A stretch of DNA of 64,000 bases from Gordius albopunctatus (GCA_964276515.1 OZ193909.1:13826001-13890000); one strand, 5' to 3'. Shown: positions 38,199-52,158, counted from the first letter of the stretch. The notes: generated by a model not told the origin, from the letters alone. Made by a program: numbers and translations.

Positions 38199-38929
38199 TA
38201 GCACTAGCGGGTAATGCCGCACTTATTCTCTCACAAAGCCATCGCTAATATATACGTATACGGCAACACAACAAATATATAATTTCATTTTTTATAATTT
38301 CAAAAAAAGCGTTTAATTATTCTATATTTGTCTCTAGTGCGTTGAGGCCAGGGAATTAATTGAAGAGCAAAAATATTTTATGAACAATCTTTTTTATTTG
38401 TTTACACTCAAAATTTTTACCCTCTCCCAATACAAATTCTAGCTGCTCCCATGCTTTTTGATATAAGTAATAAATCCAATTAGACTTAAGCTATAAATTA
38501 ATTAATGTTTTATACTTTAACACCTATTTCTATTCGTATTCATATTAATCAAAAACATGCATAAAAGTAATATCTAACTTAATTTACAAAAGTTGTTATA
38601 ATATATTTATTTAAATAATTTAAATTAACTTAAACATATTGAAAGGCAAAAGGGACAGAAATTTCTTTTAAAGACATAAGGAGTCCAAATTTGCTATCTT
38701 GGATCCTTTGGCTCCACTTAGCTAAGCCACTGATTTCAGCAAAGATGTTTGAGTTAAAACTTAATGTGGGGCCAGAATTGCTATTAATTCTTAAAATTTT
38801 TTGTCTTTTTAAAAAAAAATTTCCCCCATCCTTTAACCTACCGCATTTTGAATCATTTATAATAATCAATCTTATATGTTTTACCAATCTAGTTCTGTTG
38901 ATTTTAGAACTGTATAATATAACTGACGA

Positions 38930-41900
38930 TGTGTAATTTACGCTTAAGTTCCTCTTAACATGGTTATATCCCATTGATTCCTAATAAAACCAAGTAGCTT
39001 TAACATTGGCGTCGGGCCTGGATCGTTAGAACCTACGTGGAATTATTCGGAGTGGGAGATTCTATTGAAACATTTCTAATGTAATAATCGTTAGAAACGA
39101 CATGGAATTATTCAGATTAGGAGATTCTATTGAAACATTTCTAATTCAATTCGAGGCCAACATCAAGGCACAGTCAGGGACGTTATCTGATACCCATAAA
39201 ACGTGCAGGTTGCTAAGTTCTTTATCCGCGGAGGCCTTTAAGGTTATCGTGGACGACGCGTACCCGGATAACCCTACAGAATGGACGTTTGAGGAAGCGA
39301 GCAGGAGAGATAAGAAGGTGTTTAAGGGGCAGACCTGCCCTCTTGCGCAAAGATTTATTTTTGGAAATATTCGACAAAGGCCGGGGGAAGAGCGGATGCG
39401 ATTCGTACGCAGGCTCAAGCAGGCCTCAAAAGACTGTGGTTTTTATCCTGAGGAATTATCGGCCAGGATGCTCGATTAGCTGATTCTAGGACTCCACGAC
39501 CCAAGGGTGCAAGCTTCGTTGATAGCCGAGAGGGATCTCAAATGGAACAAGGTCGTGGAGATCGTCCTAGGTCGGGAGGCAATCGGTGAAGGCCTAAAGA
39601 CAATGCACCAGCCAGTGGATGAGGCATTTGCGGTCGACGCGACGAGGACGGGCCCGAGTATGACCAGATTCAGCCATGCATTAGATATTTTGACTATTAA
39701 TTTATATGTTAATAACACCTTGATAACTTTTCTTATGGACACGAGCTCCACCTTTACAATCGTGCCGGCCAACTTGTGGAAGAAGCGCTTACCGGTGCAA
39801 ACAAACCCGAGACCTTCCGTACATGCGTTCGTCGGCAAGTATATAAAGATTATTGGGGACGTAACAGCCGAGGCCCGTCTAGGTTCCACCCGGAAGCGCC
39901 TGCCGCTGTTAGTGGCGGATGTAAAGAGACCGCCCTTACTCGGAACGAATTGGATTAAAGAGTTCGGAAAAGACGTATGGGACCGAGCCACGTGGAATTC
40001 GCGAACCGTCATGGAGCGTTAAATATTGAATTTCGTCGAGGAGAAAACCCCAAAAGAGCCGCTCGTAACCAATAGACACGTCGAAGGTATTATTCGGTGG
40101 ATGACGATGCAGAAGGGGGCAAATCCGCAAGCGGGGAAGGACATTGAAGTTGACGTGCCAGGGGAAAACGGGATCAAACCGGTGTTTATCCTAGCACGGC
40201 GAGTACCCTTAGCGTGGAGGAGTGAGGTAGAGGAAGAATTGGACAAGTGGTTTAATGACGACATAATTGAGCAGGCTTTCCAAGTTACCGAAGAGGTACT
40301 AGAGGATACCGCGAACGCATTTATCTCACTTGACGTTATACGAAAGTGCACCGCCAGCGACAAGACGTTACGGCATCTCAAAGAATGGATAAAGGGGACG
40401 CAGAATGGCACAGTAGCCGCGGGTACTATGCGCCTCTACGAAAGGTACCTGCCGAAGTTACACGAGTCCAATGATGTTATTTTCTACAAGGGACGACGGG
40501 TCCTTATTCCAACCAGATTAAGGTACGCGGTGCTACAACGATTACACAAGGGCCACGGGGGCGTTAAGCGAATGCATCAGGTGGCGGCTCAATATGTATG
40601 GTGGCCAACACTGGTTCAGGATATCGCAAACCTAGCGAAAGGTTTCAGGGTGTGCAACTACACGGCCCCAGCACCAAATAGGGCGCCGTTGATCAAAGGT
40701 GAACAAAACCTTAGGCCTTGGATTCAGGTACACGTGGATTTGTTTGGGCCGGTGCGCGGCAAGTCGTATTTAATCATGGTGGATAATGGAACAAAATGTT
40801 CGGAGGTTTTAAAATTAGAAGATACGTCAACCTCAACCATAATCAAAAAGCTGGCTGAGGTGTTCGCCAGGTTCGGTAGCCCACCAGTCCTTATATCGGA
40901 TAACGGTCTGCAGTTTAGAAGCCAGGAGATTCGAGGATTTTATAGGCGTGTGGTGATAAAACAGGGTTGGTCAGCACCCTATCACCCCGCGTCAAATAGA
41001 TTGGCTGAAAGGTGCGTGCGACTAGCAAAGGAGGCGGTTGTGCGCAACAAGTCCGAAATTGGTTTAAGCTTATTCCTAGCAAATTACAGGGCAACTATCC
41101 ACCCAGCGACTGAGATAACGCCTACAAAAGGAATGTTAAGGCGGAAAATATGAACCGAGTGGGAGGTGTTACGGGAAATCGAACCTCAACATTGAACGGA
41201 GAGCGGAAAAGCGCACACGTACTAGAGACCTGAACGGCCCGGCTTTTGCTTGGTCGGCCCGCCCGCTTCAAAAATTTCTAGGCCCGGGCCCGGCCCGCTG
41301 AAAAAAGAAAAAATTGGCCCGGGCCCGGCCCTAAACATTTTTTGCAAAACCCAGGCCCGGCCCGGGCCCGTAGAAAATTTTTTTTTTGAAAATTTTTAAA
41401 CGATTTTAATTTTTTTATTAAAAAGTTAATTCAATATTCAGTAATATATGTTAAAAACATCAATAATAATCATGTAAAAACAATAAATCGTTAATTATTT
41501 CCGGTCTTAATCGGGTTCTTCTCTCTTCTAATAAGCGACCAGCCGTTGAGAAATTTCGTTCACTTGTGGCACTTCTAGCCGGGATACATAAAACCATAAA
41601 TGACAAATGAGATAATTTTGGGTACCTAATTAAAGGTTATATTGATTTTACTTTATTTACTTAGCTTCTTTGCCTTTCCACCATTTTATAAGATCGAAGC
41701 CTTCAGGATTCACACATTCCCCAAGATATTGGTTGAGTTCATTGGTTGCTGAAGGCTGAATATCATGGTCTTCCCATTCCGAAAATACATATTTTGCTTT
41801 ATTGGCTAGAAGAATATAGGTTGTCATAAAACTGAGAAATCTTACCTTCAGATACACTACTGTCAGGTTGACAATCCCTGGTAGGACTAGGATTAACTGA

Positions 41901-43000
41901 TTGTATAAAATCTTCCCGTTCTATAAGATTTTTAATTTCTTCATAGGTTTTATTTCTCTCTTGAAGAGTAGCCATTACCATGTTTTTAAATTTAGGGTGA
42001 AGCACAGTTGCCATTTTGTGCAGGGAATGGATGGTGTACTTTTCTTTAATTAGCTCCTTAAGTTTATTTTTAATCCTTTTAATTGGATCATCAGAAAATC
42101 CGTCATTTTCTATCATATTTATTATTCTCACTTTCCATAGAAACACGTAAGGCAAAGTGGATTTCAAGTCTGCCTCTGATTGTGTGCTAGCTTCTTTGAA
42201 GGGCTGTAATATTTCAATAGTTGATTTGAGCAAAGGTCTGGTTATGTTAACTAGCATAAATGTTTCATTTCTTTTTGTTAAAATCTCTTCAACCTCATCT
42301 ATCATATTATAAACACTTTCCAGAAGATTTAATTTGGAATTCCACCTAACAACCACATCTAACGTGTTAAATTTTTATTCAAACCACTTTACTTGAAGTA
42401 TCTTACAAGGGTTTTAGCTTTGCAACGAGCTTTTAACGGGCCTAGCTAAATCTAGGCCCGGCACGCTTGATTTGTCGGCCCGCCCAAGCCCGGCCCGTTG
42501 TTTTTTTTAAGTCCAAAGCCCGCCCATACCCGGCCCGCGGGCCGGCCCGGGCCGTGCAGGTCTCTAACACCTACGACGTCGGAGACCCAGAGTAGGTGCG
42601 TATGTTTCTGGGGCCCGATAAATGGGTGAAGGGCACCGTTATTTCCAAGCGCGTGGCGCGCTCGTTTGATATTAGGGCTTTAGGGAAAAGCCATCATCGG
42701 CATTTGGTTCAGTTGAGAACAAGGAAAATATTGGACTGGATAATGGTTGGACATGAAAATGGATGGCCGGACCGGGGTACGCTCGCGCGATCAAGTCCCA
42801 TTGCAAATGAGCCAATATATGCAAGCCCCTTGCCAACGGCGTCCTCAAGGTTCCCTGCCAATAATCCCCAATGATAATGCCGCTACAGAAGCGGGTGAAC
42901 ACAGTGCCCTTCCCATGGCTCTGGAGCTTAACAAGGCCCCGCCTGAGGTTAGATACTCTCGCCAGGTACGACAGGCCCCAAGCTAAAAAGAACAAAATTT
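38930..43000 (+). mobile_element. Gypsy deletion derivative (gag, protease, integrase; RT/RNase H missing)
   Basis: PBS tggcgtcg at ~39007; gag 39102-39600; protease MDTSS; ORF 40026-41153 joins the pre-RT linker to integrase (LHKGH, HVDLFGP, SDNG); no matching LTR pair found. Confidence 0.85.
41223..42566 (-). mobile_element. Internally deleted hAT element nested in Gypsy; transposase 3' half with two micro-introns
   Basis: tagagacctg / caggtctcta TIRs; TSD acacgtac/acacctac; RWNS, LHPKFK, KWW and CIPARSATSERNFS motifs; introns 41806-41845 and 41626-41660. Confidence 0.92.
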
Positions 43001-43354
43001 GTCTGCGTGTTGTAATTAATCGGCTGTGGACTTTAATTGGACTATGGCTTGTGTTGATTGCATACTTTGCCGTATATTTCAATAACCTTTCATATTCATA
43101 AACATACCTAAATAAACTACTTTTTATTAACAGATTCGTATATTAGATTTAATAACATGTATTTAAAGGTTTGTTAAATTATTATTACAAGCATAATTAG
43201 TAACTAATTTAACATTTTATCGTCATATGTATAGTACATAAAGGTAGTCAAATATTTCAACGGAATATATTACGTAATCATCAATGTAAAGGACATGGGA
43301 ACCATTTTTTAATGCGTAGGTTTTAAATTGAAATTGAAATTTTGATGTTTCATC

Positions 43355-46300
43355 TCAATCGATCGTGTCTAACCCGGAGCTTTCTCCAATTAACCAAAAT
43401 GTTTTCATCAGCCCTTTTCCCTATAATTTAGAGAAATAAAACTTTCGTTATGACATAAATGCTTTATTAAATTGCCATAAATAAATAGTTAAAACTGCTA
43501 AATACGTCTTTACAAGTATTAGAATACACGTTTTTTTAAAGCCATAAAATAAATTACTGATCATCTTCATTATCATAATTGTCCAATTTAGAAACTTTTT
43601 ATAATTTTTTATATACCTTTACATCAATCGTTCCTCGTTCTTCAGTAATAAACGTTTGGAATTTATCCAATAAAAACTTGGCCTTTTCGCTTATATGAAT
43701 TCTTTGTTCTATCATTATATAGCAAATATTATTTAATAGTAATAAAATCATTAACAAATTTAATTATATTTGTATCATATTTGTAACCTTTTAGCTTAAA
43801 ATCATCATGTGCTAGCGTTGTAAACATCCTTTAACTGTCTCATGATATTTAAAGTGATTTCCTAATTTTTTTATATTGCTAATTAAAAAAATGAGATGGA
43901 CATTAAGAATTTATAAAACTTTTTTAAAAATTTATGTATTTTAAATGGAATTTGTATTCTTTTTACTGTACGTTCCTTTAATTTTATCATATCGTGTAAA
44001 CAACTTTAAAAAAAAATTCTTACGCTCGCCACTTGACTCCATCCTCGAAGCCGTATTTATGGTGTCACCAAAGAGACAATATCTAGGCATCTTTTTTCCT
44101 ACAATCCCAGCAGCACAAGGGCCTGAAAATTTATAAAATGGCAAAAACTATTATATTAATCATACCAGAATGAAATCCAATTCTAATTTTTAAAGTTTCC
44201 TCAGGTCTGTGTTTAATTTTAAAGCTTTTTACTCTATCCATTATCTCCAATGATAATCTGGCAATTTCCCTAGCATGCAGATTCCCATTCCTTATAGGCA
44301 ATCCAGATGCGACCATGTAAGAATCCCCTATGGTTTCAACCTATCAATTTCAATTTATTAAAATTATACTTTAGATTATATAAACCTTATAAGCGTCGTA
44401 CTTTTCTACGATACTATCAAAAGCTATATAGAGATCGTTGAGAAAGTCTACGATCTAGATGAAACGTATTACTATGTGTATAATTCTCAATTACTTCAAT
44501 GGCTGAACTAGTGGCTGATATATAAACAAAATTGACTATGTCATTAAAATACACCGTCACATCTTGAAACTCTTCTGCTCTACTCTCTATGCCTTTTTTC
44601 AAATTTTCAGCGATTGATCTATGTATTCAAGTAAATATATAAGTATGATTTAAATTGAGCCATTGAATTTGGTGTTAAAGCGCGGTACTACTCATATTCA
44701 AAGTCATCGATCTTTGTTGGTAATTTATACGCTTGCATAAGATACCATAATAAAGGTCATATTAATTTAGGTTGGGATGAACACACATTGTTAAAACCAC
44801 TTAACACCTAGAATCTAATTTTTGGATAAAAACATAGTTAAAACGATTGCACCTTAATGCTTCTATTAAGGCACCAACTCTAGCCCGCCATTTTGACAAT
44901 TAATAATTTTATAGTGGTATTGATTTGCTTTTTTAATTAAACTTAAGCTCAGTACTGTAATGTTAATTCTAACTATTAATAATCTAATAAACATTATAAA
45001 GTGGATATTTTATTTTTTATTGCGATGTTTTGCTTTAAACTTTTAGGTAACATAGGTCGTCACTTTGGATGAGGTTTTTCAATATGGGCACTTGTGCAGT
45101 AAAATATATAAATGTTATAAGGTAGAACGGATAATGAGAACGTTATTCCCAACAGAGTTATATAGGTCTTAAACCTGGCGGCTTACCCCCTTACATAATA
45201 AAAACCATCTGTTCTCTAGTTTATTGTATTATTAGTCTATAAATGTTTTGTAGAATGCAGTCCTAATTATTTTAATAAAATTATTAAAAATGCAATTTTT
45301 TATTATTCAATTACGCTTAGAGTTCCTTGCACAGCTACGCAGTAAAATAACAGTGCAACAATTACCTTGGCAAAACTTGAAAGAGTATGTCATCTCCTCG
45401 TTTCTTCTCATCTATGAATGCCTGGGTATTTTCGGCCACTATACCTTCTAGGTTATTAGCGTACAATTCCATCTTCTCTAATAATGTCTCTATAATATGA
45501 TTGTAATCAATGTGAGTAGTTAATTTTTTAAAGGTTCCAAAAATTTGTGCAAAATTAGGCCTTTTATCAGGATCCTCGTTCCATGCTGATTCCATTAGTT
45601 CTGTTAAATTGTTTGGAAAGGTTTGTCTGTTTGTAATAATACTTGAATTCTCTGACATTTTGCTATAATTTCTACCCCTCTCTTTACGTTGATGGTTAAA
45701 AATTTGGGAATTATTGTTAGTTTGGTAACTTATTTGACTACTTCCCCGATATCTCAACCAATGACCTTTATTTGGATATAATATATTATTCAAAGCATTT
45801 TCAACTGCTCCTGCTGGAGCGTCGCCAATGAAAGGCGATAATATAGGTCTATTTAAAGGTTTTTCTGCTTTTTTAATAATACTCAACAATTTCAAGTTAT
45901 TGGTGTAATTGTCAAGTTTTTCCCTCCAGATGGATCTAATTTCTGTCCCTAAACTTTCCTCCGATTTAATAAAATTGTCAGAAATAGTTAAAATTGAAGA
46001 TGCATTTTGCGAGCCCAAGTTACTGTGAGACTTTACATCGTTTACATCGTTAAAAAATTGCGATGTAGATTTATTCAACTTAGAAGAACTATTTTTTTGT
46101 GCAGTGCTAGCACCACGATTTTCGAACATCTTATACTTGATATCGGTAGTGTTAGGTTTTCCATTTTCTGCACAAATTTCATTGTATAAAGTGCCATTCG
46201 TTTGAGATGTGTCCATTATTTTGAATAAAGAGGAGAGAGTTGATTTAGCCCATTTTCGTTGATCTATTATTTGTAGATTTTTCTGGAAAGGCGGTTGACT

Positions 46301-49300
46301 AGTCATTATTTCAGACATAATTATGGCAAAGCTATAGATATCACCTTTTGGAGAATAAGTTTGATTAACATAAGGGGGAGGCAGAAACGCGTACCTCTCT
46401 TTATTTTTATGCATACTTTTATAGCTACCATGATTATTCTTAGGTTTGAAAGAATTATCTAATTTTGATCCGCTAGTTTTATTCGACCTCATAATATTAA
46501 TTCCAATATCTTCGCAAACCTTTATATTTTCGTTGTGCAGTTTTAATTCTTTATGTGGTTCATCTTGGGGTTGAACCGACGAGGGTAGACCCTTACATTT
46601 AGTTAAGATTGGATGTAAAATGAGTTTAACATTTAAAAATATTCCAGAAATTAAATTATTTATCATAGTATCGGGAAAATTCTCAGCTCCATTTTTAGGT
46701 TTTTCTTTATTTATGAAATCTGTTCCAGGTTGCGAGTTATCAACTGTTCGCAAGCATTCAGGAGCAACATATAATAATTGTTGCGCGTACCTTCTCGGTC
46801 GATTATACCAATCATTTGGAGATATAATTTTTTTATAAATATTAGTAAGACCGAATCCCGTAATTTTGGCAACAAATTTATTGTCTATGATGACATTAGT
46901 GGACCTTAAACGACCGTGACATCCAATTTTAGACGAGTGCAAATACACCATACCCTATAAATTGAATTAGATGTGTATTGTATGTTATATACCTTTAAAA
47001 TATCCATAATAATGGAACACTTTAGATTCCATCCTAAATTTATGTTATCTTTCAGCAAAAGTTCGCTCAAATTTCTTCTACCCAAATATTCTAAGATTAA
47101 GGCATATGGTTTATTGGGTTTATCCATGGCCAAACCTATAAGCCTAACCAAATTATTATGATTAATGCTTTTCATGGAACGTATTTCTCGGATAATGTCT
47201 TGATTTAGATCAAACTTTTCGTTAATCGCTTGAAATCGCTTAATAAATACATTTCGAGATTTATAGACAGCGCACGATCCCATTAAAGGCTCATCAAACA
47301 TGCCTAAAGGATCCTAGATTCGTAATATTATCATAAAATTATTTCAAGAAAACTTGCTTTAGATAAATCTTTAGGGTTCTTGGTATTTGAAATTTCGGTT
47401 ATTTCTTGCCACGATATTTTCCATTTTTCACTCGAATAGTAAGCGTCATCTTTAAGTTTTCTTTAAGTAATATATTAATCATGATATTATTTTATTTTTT
47501 TGTATGCCTTGTTTACCAACAAATATAACAAGCACAATATATAGATCAATGTTCTTTATCAGTAATTATCACATCCATAGGCGTAGCCAGGGAAAAATAG
47601 GGAGGCGACTGCCCCCCTCTAAATCTAGAAACTCTTTCAGATATTATATAATTATAGCTAAAATTTAAAAAAATTATCATTTTTTCCTCCCTAAATTGTT
47701 ATTGCCTTCCATGAATCCAATTCTGGCTAAGCCCATGATTACATCATATTGAAAACTTACCTATATATATTGAAACAAGCCCCAAATCCTACCAATAAAA
47801 CAATGAAGAGGCCACCGAGTGACATCAAGTAAGTAGATAATTTATTTCTCGTAATGCAACTACTATTTTGTGGATCGTAAAGACACAATGGAAAATCTTT
47901 TGGTGCTCTGGCAAATTTCCAATCAATCATACTCATAGTTGAAATATTTTCTTTGTTCAATGGTTTTTCCAAAATATTTCCTGAAGCATCCTTAACCAGT
48001 ATGTTAATCCTATTATCTCTACCTCGAAATATAGCTATTTCCTCAAAAGCTCCCGTTTCTTTGTTAACCATCCCATTTATGGAAAAATCTGCTTTCCTGT
48101 CGCCCTCTGAATCTAATGTTACTTCGCCGGAAACCCCTATATTAATTATAAAATCCATTTAAAAGCTTTGCAAATTATTTTAAATAAGAGTAAACAAACA
48201 TAATTACCTTGAAAACTTGTGTTCCACAAAATTTGAGCTAATCTACGCTTATTACGTAAATTACCCTCTAATTGTAACATCTTTTTAATAGAATATCCAT
48301 AAAAAAGAATACAATCATGAAAGGCTCCCCAGTAATAATTTATCTAACATGTGTGTAAAAATTTAAAAGCATTTATAACAATGGGCACTATTAGAATAAT
48401 CTTTTAACTTTAACGTATGTATCTTCAATATATTAATAATAATCTTTACCTCATGTTTGTTAAAGGTGTAATTATAATTATTTATAGCCCGTTTTTGAAC
48501 ATTTGTTTTAAATCTTTCCCACGCTGCTCCTTTAGGCTCTTTAACAGATATGTAAATCAGGGAGTTGTAAATATCTTTACAAATTTCATCGTACTTGTCG
48601 TCTGATTATTGTAGTTAATAAATATTTTAATTAAAATATGACGTATCGTTTACCCTGAAACCATAAGAATTTGGAGTTTTTTTCGTTTAGCGAATTATGG
48701 GGGAACATATCCAGCGTGATGAACAAATAGTTTCCGTCATTCATGCGGGCATAATAAGCTTGAATCAATAGCTTTCTTAAGTAGTCCGGACGTGTCAATA
48801 TAATTATAGCTGGATTAAAGGGAAAAATTTTATGCTGAGAAAAAAATTTGAAGAACGGTTTATTTTTGGCTGAACCATATTCCTAGACTGCTCAATTCCT
48901 TTAGAAAGTGTTCCAAATTTTTACATCCATATTGGAAACTTAATTAGATGGTTAGGAAATGCTTATAATGATATCGGCTATGCTTTATATATATCTATTT
49001 TATTATAAGAGTACTAATCATTTAAAAAATTTGAATATGGGGAAAAAATAAAAATATAATGTATCTAAAATTAATTTTAATAGCGCCATCTTGAATTGAG
49101 CTCATTTTCTTAAGATGAATTTTGCTGAAATTAAATGATTAAAGAATTTATAAAATCGGTATAATGGTTAAAATGGGTTGTTACATGTTGGAAAATTACT
49201 AATTATTGACCAATACAATTCATCGCTATATAAAAACTACGTAGATGTTCAAGATTTTTTGTTTTTAGCAACGCTTGCGCAAATATATAAGAGTTGAGCA

Positions 49301-50549
49301 GCCTATTAGTCTATGGTTATAACATTAATCACACACAAAATTATAAAAATTTCTAATATAAATTATTAATATTTCATTTAGCATTCCTTGCTAAATAATT
49401 CCTTATGCTACATTATCCCAAAGATTTATGTTAATGTATATTTGCTATAAATATAAATCAATCATAAGATTAAAAGTATCAGCAAATAATGGATGTCTTT
49501 GTAAAGTTTCACAAGTAAAATATTAATAAAATTTAGTCGCTGTGGTCAAGCAAGTCCTGGGTTGATCACAAATTATAATATTTTTAACGGACTTGATATT
49601 TCGAAAAACATGGCTAGATATATAAAGTAAAAAATGCATTCGTATATAAGTGTAGACCTCTGGCTTTTTGAATAGCCGTTTCCAAATAATCTGTAGGACG
49701 GAAGGCCATATTAGTATTAAATAATATGGTGTAAACGTCAACAAAAAAATCATTCCTCTTCATTAGATATAGTATCGAATCAGCCATTCGAATGATTTGA
49801 TAATTAAATATATCATACATAATTACCACATGTTTGTGACCAAAGTATTCGATCATTGAAACAACTATTTTTGCAAAGATTGATGAATCGTAGGACATAC
49901 GAGTTATTGTATCATAATCCTCTAAACGTGTGTCGTGCATAGAGTATCCAGTACAGCCAGGAATAGCATAATAACTTGCTATAGGACCTACAACATCCAT
50001 ATCTTCACTACAAGGAGGACCTAGAATAAAGGACAAACCACTTGCCACATTGTTAATGTCGTCTGTGCTAGAATCTTGACTTAGATTGTCTCTTTGTCTA
50101 AGTATATAGTTTAAGTCCAAAATTTCGCCACCAATCTTATTGGGTTCGCCGGTACAACCTTCTTTAATGAATAAATTACTTTTGTTTGATACATTGGTAA
50201 GTATCACAGAGTCGGTGTAGAGATAGAATTTTTCATAGTAAACCGCCCTATGCATAGAGTAATCTAAACTTTTGTTTTTTTGTTGAAATGTCATGTTAAA
50301 TGAAGCTTGTGATTGTAGATACTCAATGGCCTCATTGAATACAATATCTAACTTATCCTTATAAAATAAGCTATTATGTTCTCCGCTAACTATAAAAGCG
50401 ATATCAACTCTTATTATATTCTTTGTTTCAATGATTGCCATAGAAGTATTTCTATTTAAAGCTATTATATAAGTAAAAAATTTGAATGGTATAAGGAGCA
50501 TAGAAGAAGTTAAAATCATTTTATGTTTAATTGACGCCACTGAAACCAT
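43355..50549 (-). CDS. Receptor-type (natriuretic-peptide-receptor-like) guanylyl cyclase, 14 exons
   Basis: Exons 50549-49658, 48809-48654, 48601-48450, 48343-48208, 48136-47761 (TM), 47460-47358, 47313-46993, 46954-45366, 44618-44495, 44454-44386, 44340-44166, 44122-44024, 43708-43617, 43420-43355. Motifs [58 protein letters not shown]. Confidence 0.95.
47576..47737. mobile_element. Small CA(T/G)GGGCGTAGCC-family hAT MITE (other copies ~1070-1115, 8188-8333, 51169-51320)
   Basis: cataggcgtagccag / ctggctaagcccatg TIRs; 8-bp TSD atcacatc/attacatc. Confidence 0.8.
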
Positions 50550-51354
50550 CTATATCACCCATTAATATGACCTTGTTAAATAGAAATTATTTTAGCAAGT
50601 TAATGGCAAAATACAAATCTTGCTTCATTCTCAATATTGATCGTGATTGTTTACAAGTTATGTTTCTTCAAAGAATGTCACTAAGATGAATGATGACAAA
50701 TAGACATTTTGTTAAAAAATGGTCAAATTACTCTAAAAGAGCTAAAATTGAAATTGTGTCTAAATACAAGATTCACATGTCTACAGTTAGCCTAGCAAGG
50801 AAACATCGCTCGACATACAAATAAACTCGATATAAATTTTTCTTTTCTTGTTCTTTGTTTCTCAGTATTTTTAGCCAAATGAAAATCTATTTAAATAATA
50901 ACATTAATTTCCTATATTTAATTGAAGAGAAATTCAAGTCAACTAGTTCGACCATATTCGCTTGAAAAGTTAAGCACATGGTCAGATCCCTATATAGTTA
51001 TAGGTCAGTTTAATTTCTAAATATAATATTTGAATATATTTTTTAAAAAAAGGTAGAATTTTTTGTTATAAGGACAATTAATTAAAAAGAATGGGATAGA
51101 TCCCAAGCAAAGTCCATATAGAAGGTCTATAACATGATATTTTGATTAAGATATTTAATGGATAAGACCATTGGCATAGCCAGGGGTCAATAAGGGGCTG
51201 CTGCCCCATCCTAAATCCAAACATTTGTTAAAATTTATTAAAATTGATTTCAAAAAATGGTCATTTTATCCCTCCCTAAATTATTTCACCCCTCTAATTC
51301 TAATTGTGGCTACGCCCATAGATAGACCATTAAATTGTTATAATATTTACTTAC

Positions 51355-52158
51355 CATGTGCTTGGTCCTTTGCTTTGATCATGTATTCAAGCGGCACGAA
51401 TTCAATATGGCTATTAAAAGGAATAGTATAAACTTCTTTCATGCCCGAGTCCCTTTTAAAAGTAAGCACCATGCTACTAACCGACTGAGTAACGCCCTCA
51501 AAGTTCAGGTCGTAAACTATATTAACGTGGGATATCAGTTACAGCAGAGAATTCAATAGAGTAGGTAGGACAACCTTGTTTCCGTTGAATACGGTTGCAG
51601 ATCATTGTTTATCATTGAAAAGCCTGTACATACTGGTAGATTGAAATAACTACCTAACGAGCCAATAATTTCAATTTCTTCGGTGCATAGCTAACCTGAA
51701 ACCATAACTATTTGCTCTCTTGAAGAGTTGTATATGACATCTAACAAATGTGAAGCCGTTGCTCCAGATACGAAACTACATCGATTTGTGAGAAGAGAGC
51801 TTGCACTCTGTCTGGAGGATTTTTTTTGGTTTTCTCGGATTATACTTCGTTTCGTTAAATTAGTAGTCATGTTTTGTTTTATTTTAGCAATACTGTTATT
51901 CAGTTTGACATGGTCTAAAACATCGCAAGCTATTAAATTTTTGTCGTGAAGGGTCTGAATAGCCATGTAATATATGGGCAAAATCTTGTTGATATAAGAC
52001 AAGCTGTTTACGTTTTCATCCATAATCACCACCATTAGAAATGAGGCATTTTGTAAGCGACATTCATCAATTATTTCAAAATTAAAAATATTTAATAACA
52101 TTGAGCCTACATAAAGATATTTGTACATAATCATGAACATAAATATATAAGCTATCAA
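51355..52158 (-). pseudogene. Diverged paralogous copy of guanylyl cyclase exon 1 (extracellular domain) with a stop and a frameshift
   Basis: VSG*LCTEEIEIIGSLGSYFNLPVCTGFSM aligns with [30 protein letters not shown]; ends KDQAH-G|GTAAGT versus IQKAR-G|GT. Confidence 0.85.

Noticed and set aside
38630..38974. Overlapping ORFs as a host gene
   Set aside because: No recognisable motif or supporting exon structure.
38930..43160. Intact LTR pair for the second Gypsy element
   Set aside because: The candidate 5' (~38932-39005) and 3' (~43011-43157) segments do not align.
51691..51693. Stop-codon readthrough or recoding in the duplicate cyclase exon
   Set aside because: A frameshift follows ~130 nt later, and ATP synthase f uses TAG as a normal stop; decay is the simpler explanation.
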